From: Tubiluchus corallicola
Lineage: Eukaryota > Animalia > Priapulida
Length of the DNA: 64,000 bases
Reading direction: 5' to 3'
Assembly (NCBI GenBank): GCA_030141605.1
Contig: JAQGDQ010000145.1
Coordinates: forward strand, 1 to 64,000
The position numbers and the translations under genes were made by a program. The notes beneath the pieces are model-generated. The model had not been told where the DNA came from. It made no database searches and saw only the letters and a program-made list of their open reading frames with translations. Below are positions 52,701 through 64,000 of the stretch, in pieces (the first letter of the stretch is position 1; each line of letters starts with the position of its first letter).

Positions 52701-55700
52701 TTGAACCATTTAGGCTGGCATTACAGCTGGATATCAGGAAAAGTCTTGTATTGACCCATTAGACCCGGAGTGTCCTGATACAGCACCTAATAAGATTTCC
52801 GGTAAACACCCTGATTTTGGCGCAGAATTGACTGGCGGGTGCCATGGTTTTGCTACAAAATATATGCATTGGCCTGAAGAACTACTGGTGGGTGGAATAA
52901 AGAAAAATAAAACTGGTTATATTGTAAGGTAGGTTTAAAAAATAATTTTCAGTTTTCTCTTTTATGATACATCCAAAAAATCCTTCAAAATGCAAGTTTA
53001 CTAAGGTGTAGCTATTGAAAATGTAATGAAAAATGTAAATTATATTTTACTTGACTATTCAACTTTTTTCAAAAAGGAGTAATTTAACTATTAAGTTTTG
53101 TACAATACCAGTAACAGCTTTAAAGCATAAGAAACAAGAGCCGATGGTGGCAGTGTTCTGTGCACAGACTTTTCAAGAGAGTACAGAGCATAGACGTTTT
53201 AGACAGTCACATGTAATGTTTTTCTCTATGTCAGATTATTTTTCTATAAGCTTGTTTCTAGAAGATGAAGCTAGAGACAGTTATTGGCTAAATTATTAAT
53301 TCTTATTTCTTACTTTGCATAATCAGCGGAAAAGCTGTGGTTCAAACTCATGTACCTTATAATTCCTGATATTGATTACTTGAAGCAAATAGATAGTATT
53401 GTTTGTTTTGTTGCAGAGCTGAAGCTTTCCAATCACTAATAGAACTCATGGGTGAACAAAACATTTTCGAATTTTATCAGAATCATTATAAAGTCCATCA
53501 GGTTGAATGGTCCATAGAGAAGGCCAGGAGTATTTTGGTAGCTTGGCAGGAAGAATTTAGTCAGGTTTGTTGCTAGTAAACTATAGAAAACTTATTGTGT
53601 TATTAATTAGTTAGATTATAACTATGATTGCCAAAGTGTTTATAAGCCATTGCAGTTTATTTGTAAAAGTTATTACCCATTGCTGGTAATAAGCTGGAGA
53701 AAGAAAGGAGACACTGAAAAAACGTTGACTAGTCAGAATTTAAACCAGAGAGCTGGGATTAGTACTCCCATTCTCTGCCAGCTGAACTGCTAGTTCAACA
53801 TGGCAGAGCAGGCTTGAGATTTCCTCCTTGCAGCACACAATCCAACATCGCTACTTGTACCCATGACATTAGGGTGATACTTATGGTATCAACACTTTTG
53901 TCAAATTAGCTGGCAACTGACTATATCATTAACTATGTAAAACCTTTTCATGAAGCTGGTGTTAAGGTGATGGAACATATGCACTGATATTGAGTGTTTT
54001 TTTCTTTAATTTTTTTTGTACTTGTACATACTTGTAAGTCCTTGTACGGAACCAGAACAATAGACAGAACTGTGCGCTTCACAGCTCCAGCAACGTGGTA
54101 TTTTGTGTGTTGTGCGTGTGTGGCTGTGTGCCCCTTCTGCACGCTAGGTAAAGAGAGCACTGTTGGTCAAGGAGAAAATTATTTATGTTTTCTCGCAAAG
54201 TAAAACAAGAAGAATGGATTTTGTTTGTACATAAATGGGTCAATTTAAACTTAAATTTACTTAATAGATTAATTAATTAGATTAATTTAGGTTGAACTGT
54301 AACAATTCAGGTTATTAGTAAGTAAAAAATATTTTTTCTTTAGATTTTATCGAATTGATGTATAAATTTTCTTTTTATATGTTTTTTTGTTTTACACAAT
54401 ATTAAAACAAGGGCTAAAAATTTTCTGAAGCGGCACCCCCACTAATTTTAGCTACGAACTGCCACTGATCCTGTAACATGCTACATGCTTTTCATCAACT
54501 TTTACATTGTTGAAATAAATTTCTTCTGTTATTTCAAAATATTTTATTGCATTGTAACCATTTTGCATGTGCTTTTGTCCTTCTAAAGCCTTTCTGTTCT
54601 GCAAGAATTTCTAAGTGTTGCCAGGGCCTGTTAAATTGAGTATTCATGAACCCATACAGACAAGAGATTGTTTTTGACTGGGTTTTGTGGCAAAAAGTAT
54701 GAGAAAGGGAGTTGTAGTGACATATTACATACAGTGAACTTTAACACTTGACGTCCTTTCGTGCATTTCCATTTGCCGAGAAGCTTTAGCCAGATTCCCC
54801 ATATTTGCAATGAAAATGTGAAATATTTTTTTGCAAGTGGCGTATAATTGATACCGTTTTTCAAGATGTTTTTTCTGTTGTAGACAATTGAGGAGCATTT
54901 GAAGACTGAAAATACAACAATGAATGAAAATATTTACGTCTATGCCTCAGAAACTTCATTAGACAAGCTGATGAATTCATTTGCTGATATCAGTTTCACT
55001 AGAATATTGGCAGGTTATTTACTCATGGTATGTATAAATATAACTGCAGAGCTTACGTCCACAATGATTATGTAAAACAGAATGTACACCACCCTAAACA
55101 TTCCGTATTTCTATATTTGGTAAATAGTAATGTGCTACAACTCATTCCAAAACTTACTAATCATTCTACGCTTCTGGCATTCCTTTATTATTGTAACTAG
55201 TTCCTTTCTTATTGCAACTTGTGATAAATCTATTGAGCATTCACCCATTCAGATTAGAGAGTTTTCTCTCAAGAGTTCTCTCTGAACGTAAACTCGCACT
55301 TGTGAATGGCTTTGCGAGTTCCTTCTGCAAGTTGTTGGAAACTCTCCGATAGTTGCTGAGACTTCTCTCGCGAGTCTTTTACAGACAGACTTTATTCATT
55401 GCGAGCCCTTAGAGTGACAGTGACTTGTAAGTGTAACAAATTATGTTTTCAAAAACGTAGCTATAGTAGTTATATTTCTGAAACAGCTAGTTGATACTTT
55501 TAATCCTGTGATAAAATGAAAGAGTTTTTTACATTACGTGCCTGTAGCTATTTGATGGTGCTTTTTACAAGAATTTTGAATTCTAGCAGGGAATAGAAAG
55601 GCTTTTATAATGCAAAATTGTTTGTTAACTCACATGCGATCAATAAAAGTTACACTAATTCAATTTAATGTGCCTCCGAACAGGCTAAACTTGGCTTATT

Positions 55701-56233
55701 TGAAAGATGCGACATTGCAGCATGCATCGGGTTTTGCATTTCCGAGGAATACGGCATTGAAACTACTAGACTTACACCATATTACACACTAAACAGCTAG
55801 TGACTAAACAGAAATCTATTGGAGTACCAGGCAAGTGAAGTCAAGGTTCAGAAATCAAGACTGCTAAGAGAGAAAGCAGAGCACATTTAGTAGATACAGA
55901 TATTTTATGGATGATGTGAGTTCTGATTCTTGAATGTATATTTTGTTTTGTGTTGCAGCTTATCTACTCATGTGTATCGCTGCTACGATGGACAGATGCT
56001 GTGAAGTCACAGAGTGGAGTAGGAGTGGCAGGAGTTCTCCTAGTCACTGTAGCTGTTGCTGCTGGTCTGGGTTTGTGCTCCCTTTTACGGATCCCATTCA
56101 ATGCAACTACAACGCAGGTATGTTAATGAAATCAGTCAATTTAGTAAGTGAGATGGTTGGAACTTTGTGATTTATCCAAGTTTTGGTTATTTTTGGTTAC
56201 ACCTGAAGTATGTAATGCTTGTATTTATTGCTT

Positions 56234-56274
<41 letters not shown>

Positions 56275-59200
56275 CTCACTCACCCATTCTTTTTCTTTCT
56301 CTGCAGGTGGCTCCCGCAGATAATCCTGAAATGTGGCTAGAAGTAAGATTTTGCTTAGCAAAGATCCGCGTGTCAACTTTTATATGCATATTGTGTTACC
56401 AAATCGCAGCTGAGTGGCCATGCCGCTGTAGTAATTTGTTGCTCATTGAAACAATACTTATACATCGAACAATCGATCATTGACCTTGACATTATGTCTG
56501 ATGTTACTAGTTTATCATTTTTCAGTTGTTTTAATAGAAAGTATGCTGACTCGATCATGCCTGTTTCAGATACTGCCGTTTCTTGCTTTGGGACTGGGAA
56601 TGAACGACATGTTTCTTCTAGCATACATCTTCTCAGAGCTAACAGGCCACTCATTTATCCTTGAAAAGGTTTGCTGTTTTTTAAGCTACCAGTGTACTAT
56701 AAATTAATATTGGGCACCGAAGGATAAAATTGTAATGGCTTTCTTGTTTGTGGGTGTATCAATTTTAACTGCATTAACACAGATCAGTTACATGACAATA
56801 CTTCTAGACTGAATTTTGTACTAATGGAATGCTGAATCGAGTAGGCAGCAGATGGGTGTGTTGAGCTAGACAGGTGTATTCTATTCATTCACACCTGGAC
56901 CTTTACCTGTTACATTAAGTTTATCTGATTTCTGTCCTGTCAAAGATTACACCTCTTTAGACTTTTTTACAATCCTAGTCATAACACTAACTTTTATGAT
57001 TTTTTTGATTTTTGTATTGTTGCAACAGGACGGTTTCAGGTTTGAGTGTGGCACAAAAAATTAACGAACATGGTTTCGCATTCCGTATGGGTATTTATGG
57101 TTATTGCAATCGGACTATTCTATTGAATGTGAATTGGTATAATAATTCCTTTTACTTGATTTGTTTATGTTTAGGAGCTGCTAGGTGAGGGTTTGAAGAG
57201 AATGGGAATTAGCGTGTTGCTGTCATCGTTCAGCAGCAGTCTAGCTTTCTTCTTTGCTGCTATAATACCAATACCAGCACTTCGTGCTTTTTGTTTGCAG
57301 GTATGTAACAATTATTTTTACCATTTAACTCACTGTTTACTAGAATGCAGTGCTGTTAATTGATTTTATGGAAGTCGGTCGCCATGATGTTCATTTAAGT
57401 GCTCGAACATAAATTAACATGCTCAAAGATTGCTTAAAACAATAAGTGTTAAGATTTTGCAAACTTCATTTTCTGTAGCGTAGAGCTTTTAGATAGGCTG
57501 TCTTAATTTTTTCTTTACCATTGCTCAGTTTAATGTGAAAGTAACAAATAATGCGATCTGGAATTCTAAACATTTAACATAAAACAATGGTCAAAAGCAT
57601 AAAGTTCTAATTAACTGATTCAGAAATGTGCCTCATTCACAACACTAGTGCCTATTACTAATGTTGGCCAGCTGCAGAACTTGGCCTGTTGCTGAGGATA
57701 ATCCTTTAAGATGAAATGCTGTACCTGTCCAGGTGTCTTGCCCTCTCTTGAATACATGTACATAACCTTTTTCAACAGAGAAATAGCCAGATTCAGGATG
57801 ACAGATAAAATGCTGGGTGTAAGTGATTTTTATCGTGGTCATTCATTCATTTGTTGACTAGGCACAACATTGTATAACCTTGCTCTCTAGACACTCACCG
57901 TGATCATTTGGCTGCACAAATGAGATTAACTTAAAATGAGTTATTAGCCGTTGACATTTCCAGACCTTTTGATAAGATCTGGTAAAAAAATCCGTTGTGT
58001 AAGTCTCTTGGGTAGAGGTTACATATCTACAGGTAGAGTCGACTTGCAACCCATGCTACTTATGACTGTTTGACCTTTATGATTTGACCACACCTTAATT
58101 AATTAATTATACAAAACTAATAATAACTCATATTTCCTTCTTCTTTTTAAGCAAATTAATTCTAATTTGCTATCTGTTGCGCCAATTCATTCGTAAGTGC
58201 CGCCAAACTTAATTCGTATGTGTAGAGGCGCACCACTTCGTCATCTCACGATCAATTCGCCGTAACCGATGGTGGTCGTAAGTCGACAACTACCTGTATT
58301 TTATTATCATATATCACTATATGTCAACAATTGTATGTTAATATTTGTTTGTGAAGTGCAATCTCTTCTGTGTACACAATCTCCTCTGTGTATACAATAA
58401 TGTTTATATATTAGCTCCTGCTTTGTTTCTTCTATTCATTAATGATAACCAGGTGCCAAACCCATAAGTTCGCTTGACACTAGTTTGTATTGTACTTACT
58501 GCAGAGCCTGATTACGTTGAATAAGATTCATAGTTAATTAGTTTATATTGATATTTCAGGCTGGTATATTGGTTTTATTCAACCTTTTTGTCATGATCTT
58601 TCTGTTCCCAGCTGTAGTCAGTATAGATAATCGACGAAGGGATGCTGGAAGAGTAGATATTTTCTGCTGTTTTGAAGGGTAATTAATAACAAACTTCTTT
58701 TTCTATTTTCTTTTTTTTAGCATTTTGCTGCTTATTATTCAGTTTTGTAAAAATTAGTGCAGACAAATCAGAACAAACAAAAAACTGACAAAACAAGCCT
58801 GAGAACTCACACATTTATACTCGCTTGAGTCTGCTACTATAACTACAAAATTCTTTTTTATGTTCACAAACTGCGAAATTTTATAAAAAAAAAATCAACT
58901 GTGTTTTTTAAATGAAACCCCAACCAAATTTATATATTTTCTAACAAGCTACCCCATTATACATGCTTATAAGCTGTACCTTTTAATCAAAGTTAAGCAA
59001 TTAACCAATCACACAATTTTTTGAAAAATTTTAAATTTCTTTGCGTCATGTGATGTTCATTAAATTGTCAAATTTACAACAACCTGTAAATTACATTAAA
59101 GGCAGCACCTGCATCTAGAATGAACTAGTTCACTTAACAAATTGCTGTTTATTACTGTTAAGGCCATACTAAATGCACAAAACATTGTGCAGTAAAACTT

Positions 59201-62200
59201 TTGTAATTTCCGAGCATTCTTTTTTATGCAGCTTTGTTTTTCATATCACATGCTTGTAACTTTAGTAACTGAATAATAGAGGACTATAGACAGCTTTTGT
59301 TGTTTTTTTCCTAGTGCCTGGCTTCGAAAAGTAAAATTCTTGCCATTTATTCCTAGGTCAAAAAACAAGGTGAAAGAACTAAAGCCGTGCAGTGCACTGC
59401 AGAATCAACCGTTCCAGTATGACACTCCTAAAAGTCTAGTCACAAGTGTTCTTCCAGGATCAGGCAAATGTGTATTATCAACTGTGGATTTGGAGAACAT
59501 GCAAATCGGTATAAGTTTAAAACTCTGTAATGTGGCATTGGTAACGGTTAGTTGAAGATCTCATCAAATATATAAAGAAACTAAGTTAAACAGTTAACAG
59601 GGTATGCAAACAGTTAGGATCTAAACTTTTTGAAAGTATCGACATTTTCTGCACACGTAACCTTGTTTGCTGTAAGTAGTCAATAGACAATGCTTGTAAC
59701 AGGCTAAAGTCATTTTCCATCAACATAAAAATATAATAATTGAAACTTTGCTTTCAGAGGGTGAATCCTTTCCAGCTAACGGTAACTCGTTGTCTACCCA
59801 AAATTTGACAGATGAAGAGAAACGACCTTTGCGAGATCGTTGTGCAGAGACACAGCGAGAATGTTGTAGTTTGTCTATTACATGGTTTGCACGAGAACAC
59901 TATGGTTTTCTATTGGAGAAGTGCTTTGTTAAGGTATAATACTGATCTTAGATGTTTTGTGTTTGACTTTGTTAACTTACAGGTTAAATAATTAATATTC
60001 AGTTTAACTCCTTTAGAGCCGTGCATCTCAAAATATGTTTTATGGCTTTTCTGCTACAGTGTGAGCACACACATAATTAAATGATTACAAATTATGTACT
60101 GTTCTGTCGTGTGAATCTTGGCTAACCAATCATGCTACTTATTTAAGCATTTGCAAATGATTTAATTGGATAAAATTAAGAAGCACTCCAACTTAGCCTA
60201 TCGAGTAGCTTAGCCTGGTGTATGCTTGCGTAATTGTACACATTATTTTATTGATTGCCTGCTTGCTGCAGGCGAAGAGAACTGTCTGCTGTACAGAATT
60301 CTGGGAAAAAGCAGCCGATCAACCAAGAACAAATTAAAGTCGCCTCATCTTTTAATAGGAATTTGCCACATGAAGCTACCACTAATTATTTATAGTGTGT
60401 TATAGGATTTGTTCCTTCATGTTCAAAATTGTTTCGCACATAAAACAAACAAATAGTAAGAGTATACCATGCAGTCAAAATTGATTTTGACTAAACTTCA
60501 GTATCCAGTGCTGCTAATTAGTTTTTTTGCACAACTGCACATATCCTAGTGACATTGGTGCAGGAACTTAAAGTCGCGACATGGATTAAGTAAGCCCTCT
60601 ATGAAGTTGCAGACATTTCATTTTTCAGCGAGATCATTGCAGTCTTGCAAAATTTGGTTGATGAGAGAAGAATATATATACAAATAATTTTTTGTCGTTT
60701 TTTTTTAGTTTCTGGTGGTATTGACATTTTTGGTACTCATTGGAGCTGCCATATGGGGAATTTCAAAGATCGATGAAGGGCTAGATTTGACAGATTTAGT
60801 ACCAAGACATTCATCTGAATGGAAGTTTCTGGACACATATCATCGTTACTTTGATTTCTACCACATGTTTGCTGTAACTAAGGTAAGGCTTCCACTGGTT
60901 TTAATAATACTGGTACAAAGGGTTTTATTTATATTAAATGTAGCTGTAGGAGCAAACGCCTTCAGTGAACCTAGTAATTGACGTGGCAAATTAAATTATT
61001 ACTAACACTAAGGACGATTACAAAATTCTTAAGTTGCTATCAATATGTAGTATGTATTACTACTGAATATCAACAGTCCAAAAAGGGAAAAAGGGTAGAA
61101 AGGAGAGCTGAAAATAATGTATTATTTCAAACATAAAATTTATTTGAAATTTAGTGTTCTAATCCTCTTGGCATCTAACCTTCTATTTCTTTAAATTTTA
61201 GGTACTAAGTTGCCATAAAGACTTTATCATGCATGACAGTAGTAATGATTTAAGTATTATGCTGTGTAAAAGATTATTAAAGGTTATCCGTGTGTATAGA
61301 AATATGCAGACAATAAAAGAAGTCATCATTCAAAAACTTTGATTTCAAGTCATTTCTCTACAAATAAAATAATTTTGGTGCCATTTTGACCAATGTGACA
61401 TTTGTAAACATTGCGTGTTTATTTTTTTCAGGGCAACTTTGATTATCCAAAACATCAGCAGCTGTTGTATGACTACCACGATGCTTTCAACCGTGTTGGT
61501 CAAATTATAAAAAATGATGATGGTGGGCTACCTGAATTCTGGTTGACATACTTTCGCGATTGGCTAATAAGTAAGTTACTTGACATTGAGTTGTCAATAT
61601 ATACAGATTCTTTCGGGTAACAAATTTACTAATTTAGGTTGTTGCATTATTCACCTCACCACTAATTGGTTTTGATGACCCGTCATTGTTGTTAGCCAGT
61701 TTTTATCCCATTAACCATTCTTGCAGTGCTGAAATGCAATTTAGTTTGCCAAACAATTGAGAAACTTAAAATGTAACAAAATCAGTGCATTGAGCTGTTT
61801 AATGAGGTATCAACAAATGATTTATAATAAACATTTGGCTATTCGTTCAGATTTTGGAAGTGCCCGGACATTTTGGGCGGTCTGGTCTGACCTTTATTTT
61901 CTTTTAATAGCAATAATATATATACTATAATACACAATGTGCCTAACACGGGGGTACCATTATAGTTCATGTAAAACAAAAATTCAATTGTAAGGGTGGT
62001 GGGCCTAGGGAAGCTGTAGGGTATTTACCAATAGGTCAACTAGGCTGTAACCTAGTGTGCCAGATTTTAGGTGTTCAGTATTAAAAATTCTTATTCTCCT
62101 CAGAAAATGCGTATGCTTTATACTCATATAAAGCACGTATTTTATAACGCATCACAAGCAGCATATTTTACATAAGAGTCCATCTAACAATGTATGTATT

Positions 62201-62885
62201 CTGTTTTATTGGTCAACAAAATTATAATAACATTACAAATTATAGGGTGAGTATAACAAGTTAGCCATGTTCTAAGCCAGATATAGGCAAGCCCTGTACA
62301 AACAAGTAGACCACTTTTATATAAAAGGTACTGCACCAATAATTGCGCAACAGCCTGCTTAGATGTGAATGCCGTGTAATTAGCTAATTAACAATAACTA
62401 CGTAAGCCATAGTGATACTAATACACCACAAGTAATTATATATTGGGTTTATATTTTTTAAATAACCATAAATCCAAAATAGAGATGAGTGAGGCTGAAC
62501 TATCGGCTTAGGGCGTCATAATGTCCCTGGGGTATCCAAATACTTTTGCCTAGGGCGTCAAACTACCTAAAGCCAGTCCTCCAACTTCACCTAGTTCTGC
62601 AAACTGCTTCCAGATGACATCCAAATCATGTTGGTAATAAAAATGTGGGCACTTACGTACAACGCTCTGCTCATTTTCTGGTATGTTATTTTTATATTTT
62701 GCAACCAGTCCTAAAAAGATTTGCTTTGTCTTCATGCAGGATTGCAACAAGCATTTGACCGTGATTGGCGTGATGGTAGCATCACTCAAGAGAAATGGTT
62801 TGCTAATGCAAGTCACGAAGGAATTCTTGCCTATAAACTTCTTGTACAAACCGGGGATATCGATAATCCTATTATGAAGAGTAAT
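40770..62885 (+). CDS. ptc: Protein patched (Hedgehog receptor), 3' part beyond the window
   Basis: In-frame exons: 40770-40808 (first exon tentative), 41192-41323, 43210-43402, 44870-45003, 46170-46225, 46489-46558, 47062-47159, 51229-51343, 52714-52928, 53417-53564, 54884-55027, 55959-56117, 56570-56668, 57175-57300, 58560-58678, 59315-59508, 59758-59933, 60709-60882, 61432-61570, 62740-62885. Motifs: [107 protein letters not shown]. Confidence 0.96.
43490..43835. mobile_element. MITE-like dispersed repeat, ~345 bp
   Basis: Imperfect TIRs agccttttcacgg / ctgtaaaggct; homologous to 17007-17290. Confidence 0.7.
46676..46714 (+). mobile_element. tRNA-derived SINE head
   Basis: A box tggtaggcgagtggtaagg and B box ggttcgaatc, with the anticodon arm missing. 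Confidence 0.5.
47637..47760 (+). repeat. Two-copy ~62-bp tandem duplication
   Basis: tgtctttcagytggaaaataaaaaaacaacaatgtattttatataaatgatcaacatatgca occurs twice in a row. Confidence 0.93.
49471..49527 (+). mobile_element. Degenerate tRNA-like fragment (SINE head or tRNA pseudogene)
   Basis: ggtggccgagtggtttag (A box), gactgcaatc (anticodon-loop-like) and gagttcgag (B box); the acceptor stem is not intact. Confidence 0.45.
56231..56277 (+). repeat. (CT)n microsatellite forming the polypyrimidine tract of the candidate cassette exon
   Basis: Directly visible, ~30 nt upstream of the ctgcag acceptor at 56306. Confidence 0.9.
56307..56342 (+). CDS. Candidate 36-nt in-frame cassette exon of patched ([12 protein letters not shown])
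   Basis: Acceptor ttttctttctctgcag and donor gtaaga, phase 0/0 like the flanking exons, no stop codon. Confidence 0.55.
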
Positions 62886-63507
62886 GTGAGTAGTGGATTT
62901 ATTAAACTGACATCTTTATTTAATTTTAAATTACTGGCCAGTCTGCTGAAGAAGTAAATTTTGATACCTGCACTATTATCATTGGTCACATCAACAAAAC
63001 TGTAATATCTTTCAGCATCTTGATTTTATTTGTTGTTGTTCAAATAAATCTGATGCATTCATCCGATCAAGTAAATTTTTGGGCATGCTTATAGTTTGAA
63101 ATGCTAGCATTTTTAGTGTTTTAATTCATAATGCATTTAATACTAATTATACTGTATAACATCTGATATACAGGCAGTGCATCCAAGATGGTACAGCTAT
63201 TTTTTATTGGATTTAATAAGTGGAATCAGATTGTTAGCAAGCTGAAGTAACCGCTCTCTAAACTTTTTCCTAAACTGTACTTTTCAGACTCTTTGCTTTC
63301 CTGATGTTGCTTCTTTTTCTAATAAACATTTATTATCATGTTTGGTGATATACCTTGTTCTGAATTCCATTTTGAATGATAAACTCTTTCCCACTTTTGT
63401 ATGTGCATTAGCAGCATTTTACACATCTAATTCTATTTAAGGTTAGCTAAAAAAATCGAGATTGAAAAATGAAAGGTGTGATCATTGACTGAACATTTAA
63501 TAATAAA

Positions 63508-64000
63508 CTAATAATAATAATTTATTGGATATTTAGAATGCATTAACATTAAAATGGTCAAATGCATTTTGCCTGCAGAAATCCGGATACATAAACAGTA
63601 CATGCACAATTGATTATTACAGATAAAGCTAAAATCGTAATATTTGCACATATTTATACATTAAAATCACTAGAAATCAACCCAAAAATCAATACTTTGA
63701 GTTATAAGAAAGGAATGAATTTTTTAACATTAGTCCTGCTACGTGCATAAATTGGTAAATCGTTCCATAATTTTGGTGCTGCTCTCCTAAAACTATGAGA
63801 TCCATACATGACTCGATTATAACACGGTACAACAAGAGTCGACGAGCTAACTAATCTAAGATTATGTTTATGCATGTATGGCTTCAAAAAAATCACATAC
63901 ATAGGTTTGAACGTTAACAAAAGAATTTGTATTTTATTCTGAAAAAAGAAAACACGTGCAGCCACCAGACACGACAGTCTACATTTAACGTATGGTCGGC
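63508..64000 (-). mobile_element. 3' end of a decayed L2/CR1-group LINE
   Basis: Minus-strand ORF with KIQILLLTFK...YGSHSFRRAAPKLWNDLP, typical of the post-RT C-terminus of L2/Crack LINEs; aataaa plus (TTA)n tail near 63510-63526. Confidence 0.75.

Noticed and set aside
55243-55440. Similarity of gagagttttctctc/ctcgc-rich sequence to 2070-2345 as a shared MITE family
   Set aside because: Only short motif matches by eye; ends and TSD could not be defined.

Overview
AT-rich, intron-rich animal genomic DNA, probably from an invertebrate; the taxon cannot be determined from the sequence. (1) Bases 1-10540 form a giant inverted repeat (position i pairs with 10541-i) that probably extends past the left edge of the window. 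The outer arms (1-~3228 and ~7313-10540) are near-identical host DNA, and each carries exon 1 of the PKA catalytic subunit. The centre is a GC/CpG-rich ~4.1-kb element with its own, more diverged ~0.9-kb terminal inverted repeats (TIRs), a 253-aa ORF with PC4/Sub1-like ssDNA-binding motifs, and no transposase. (2) A complete PKA catalytic subunit gene (+, 8729-25007) has a candidate alternative acidic first exon, a GC-AG intron and two alternative last exons. (3) A Vps55/LEPROT-family gene (-, 36059-31344) reads in frame only if a single-nucleotide exon at 34887 is included. (4) A patched gene (+, ~40770 to beyond 62885) runs off the window; it has a candidate 12-aa cassette exon and Asn in place of the first conserved Asp of the TM4 GxxxDD motif. 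(5) Decayed LINEs, MITEs, a hAT-like element, tRNA-like SINE heads, tandem duplications and microsatellites. All calls were made by eye from splice signals, reading frames and remembered family motifs; no database searches were run.
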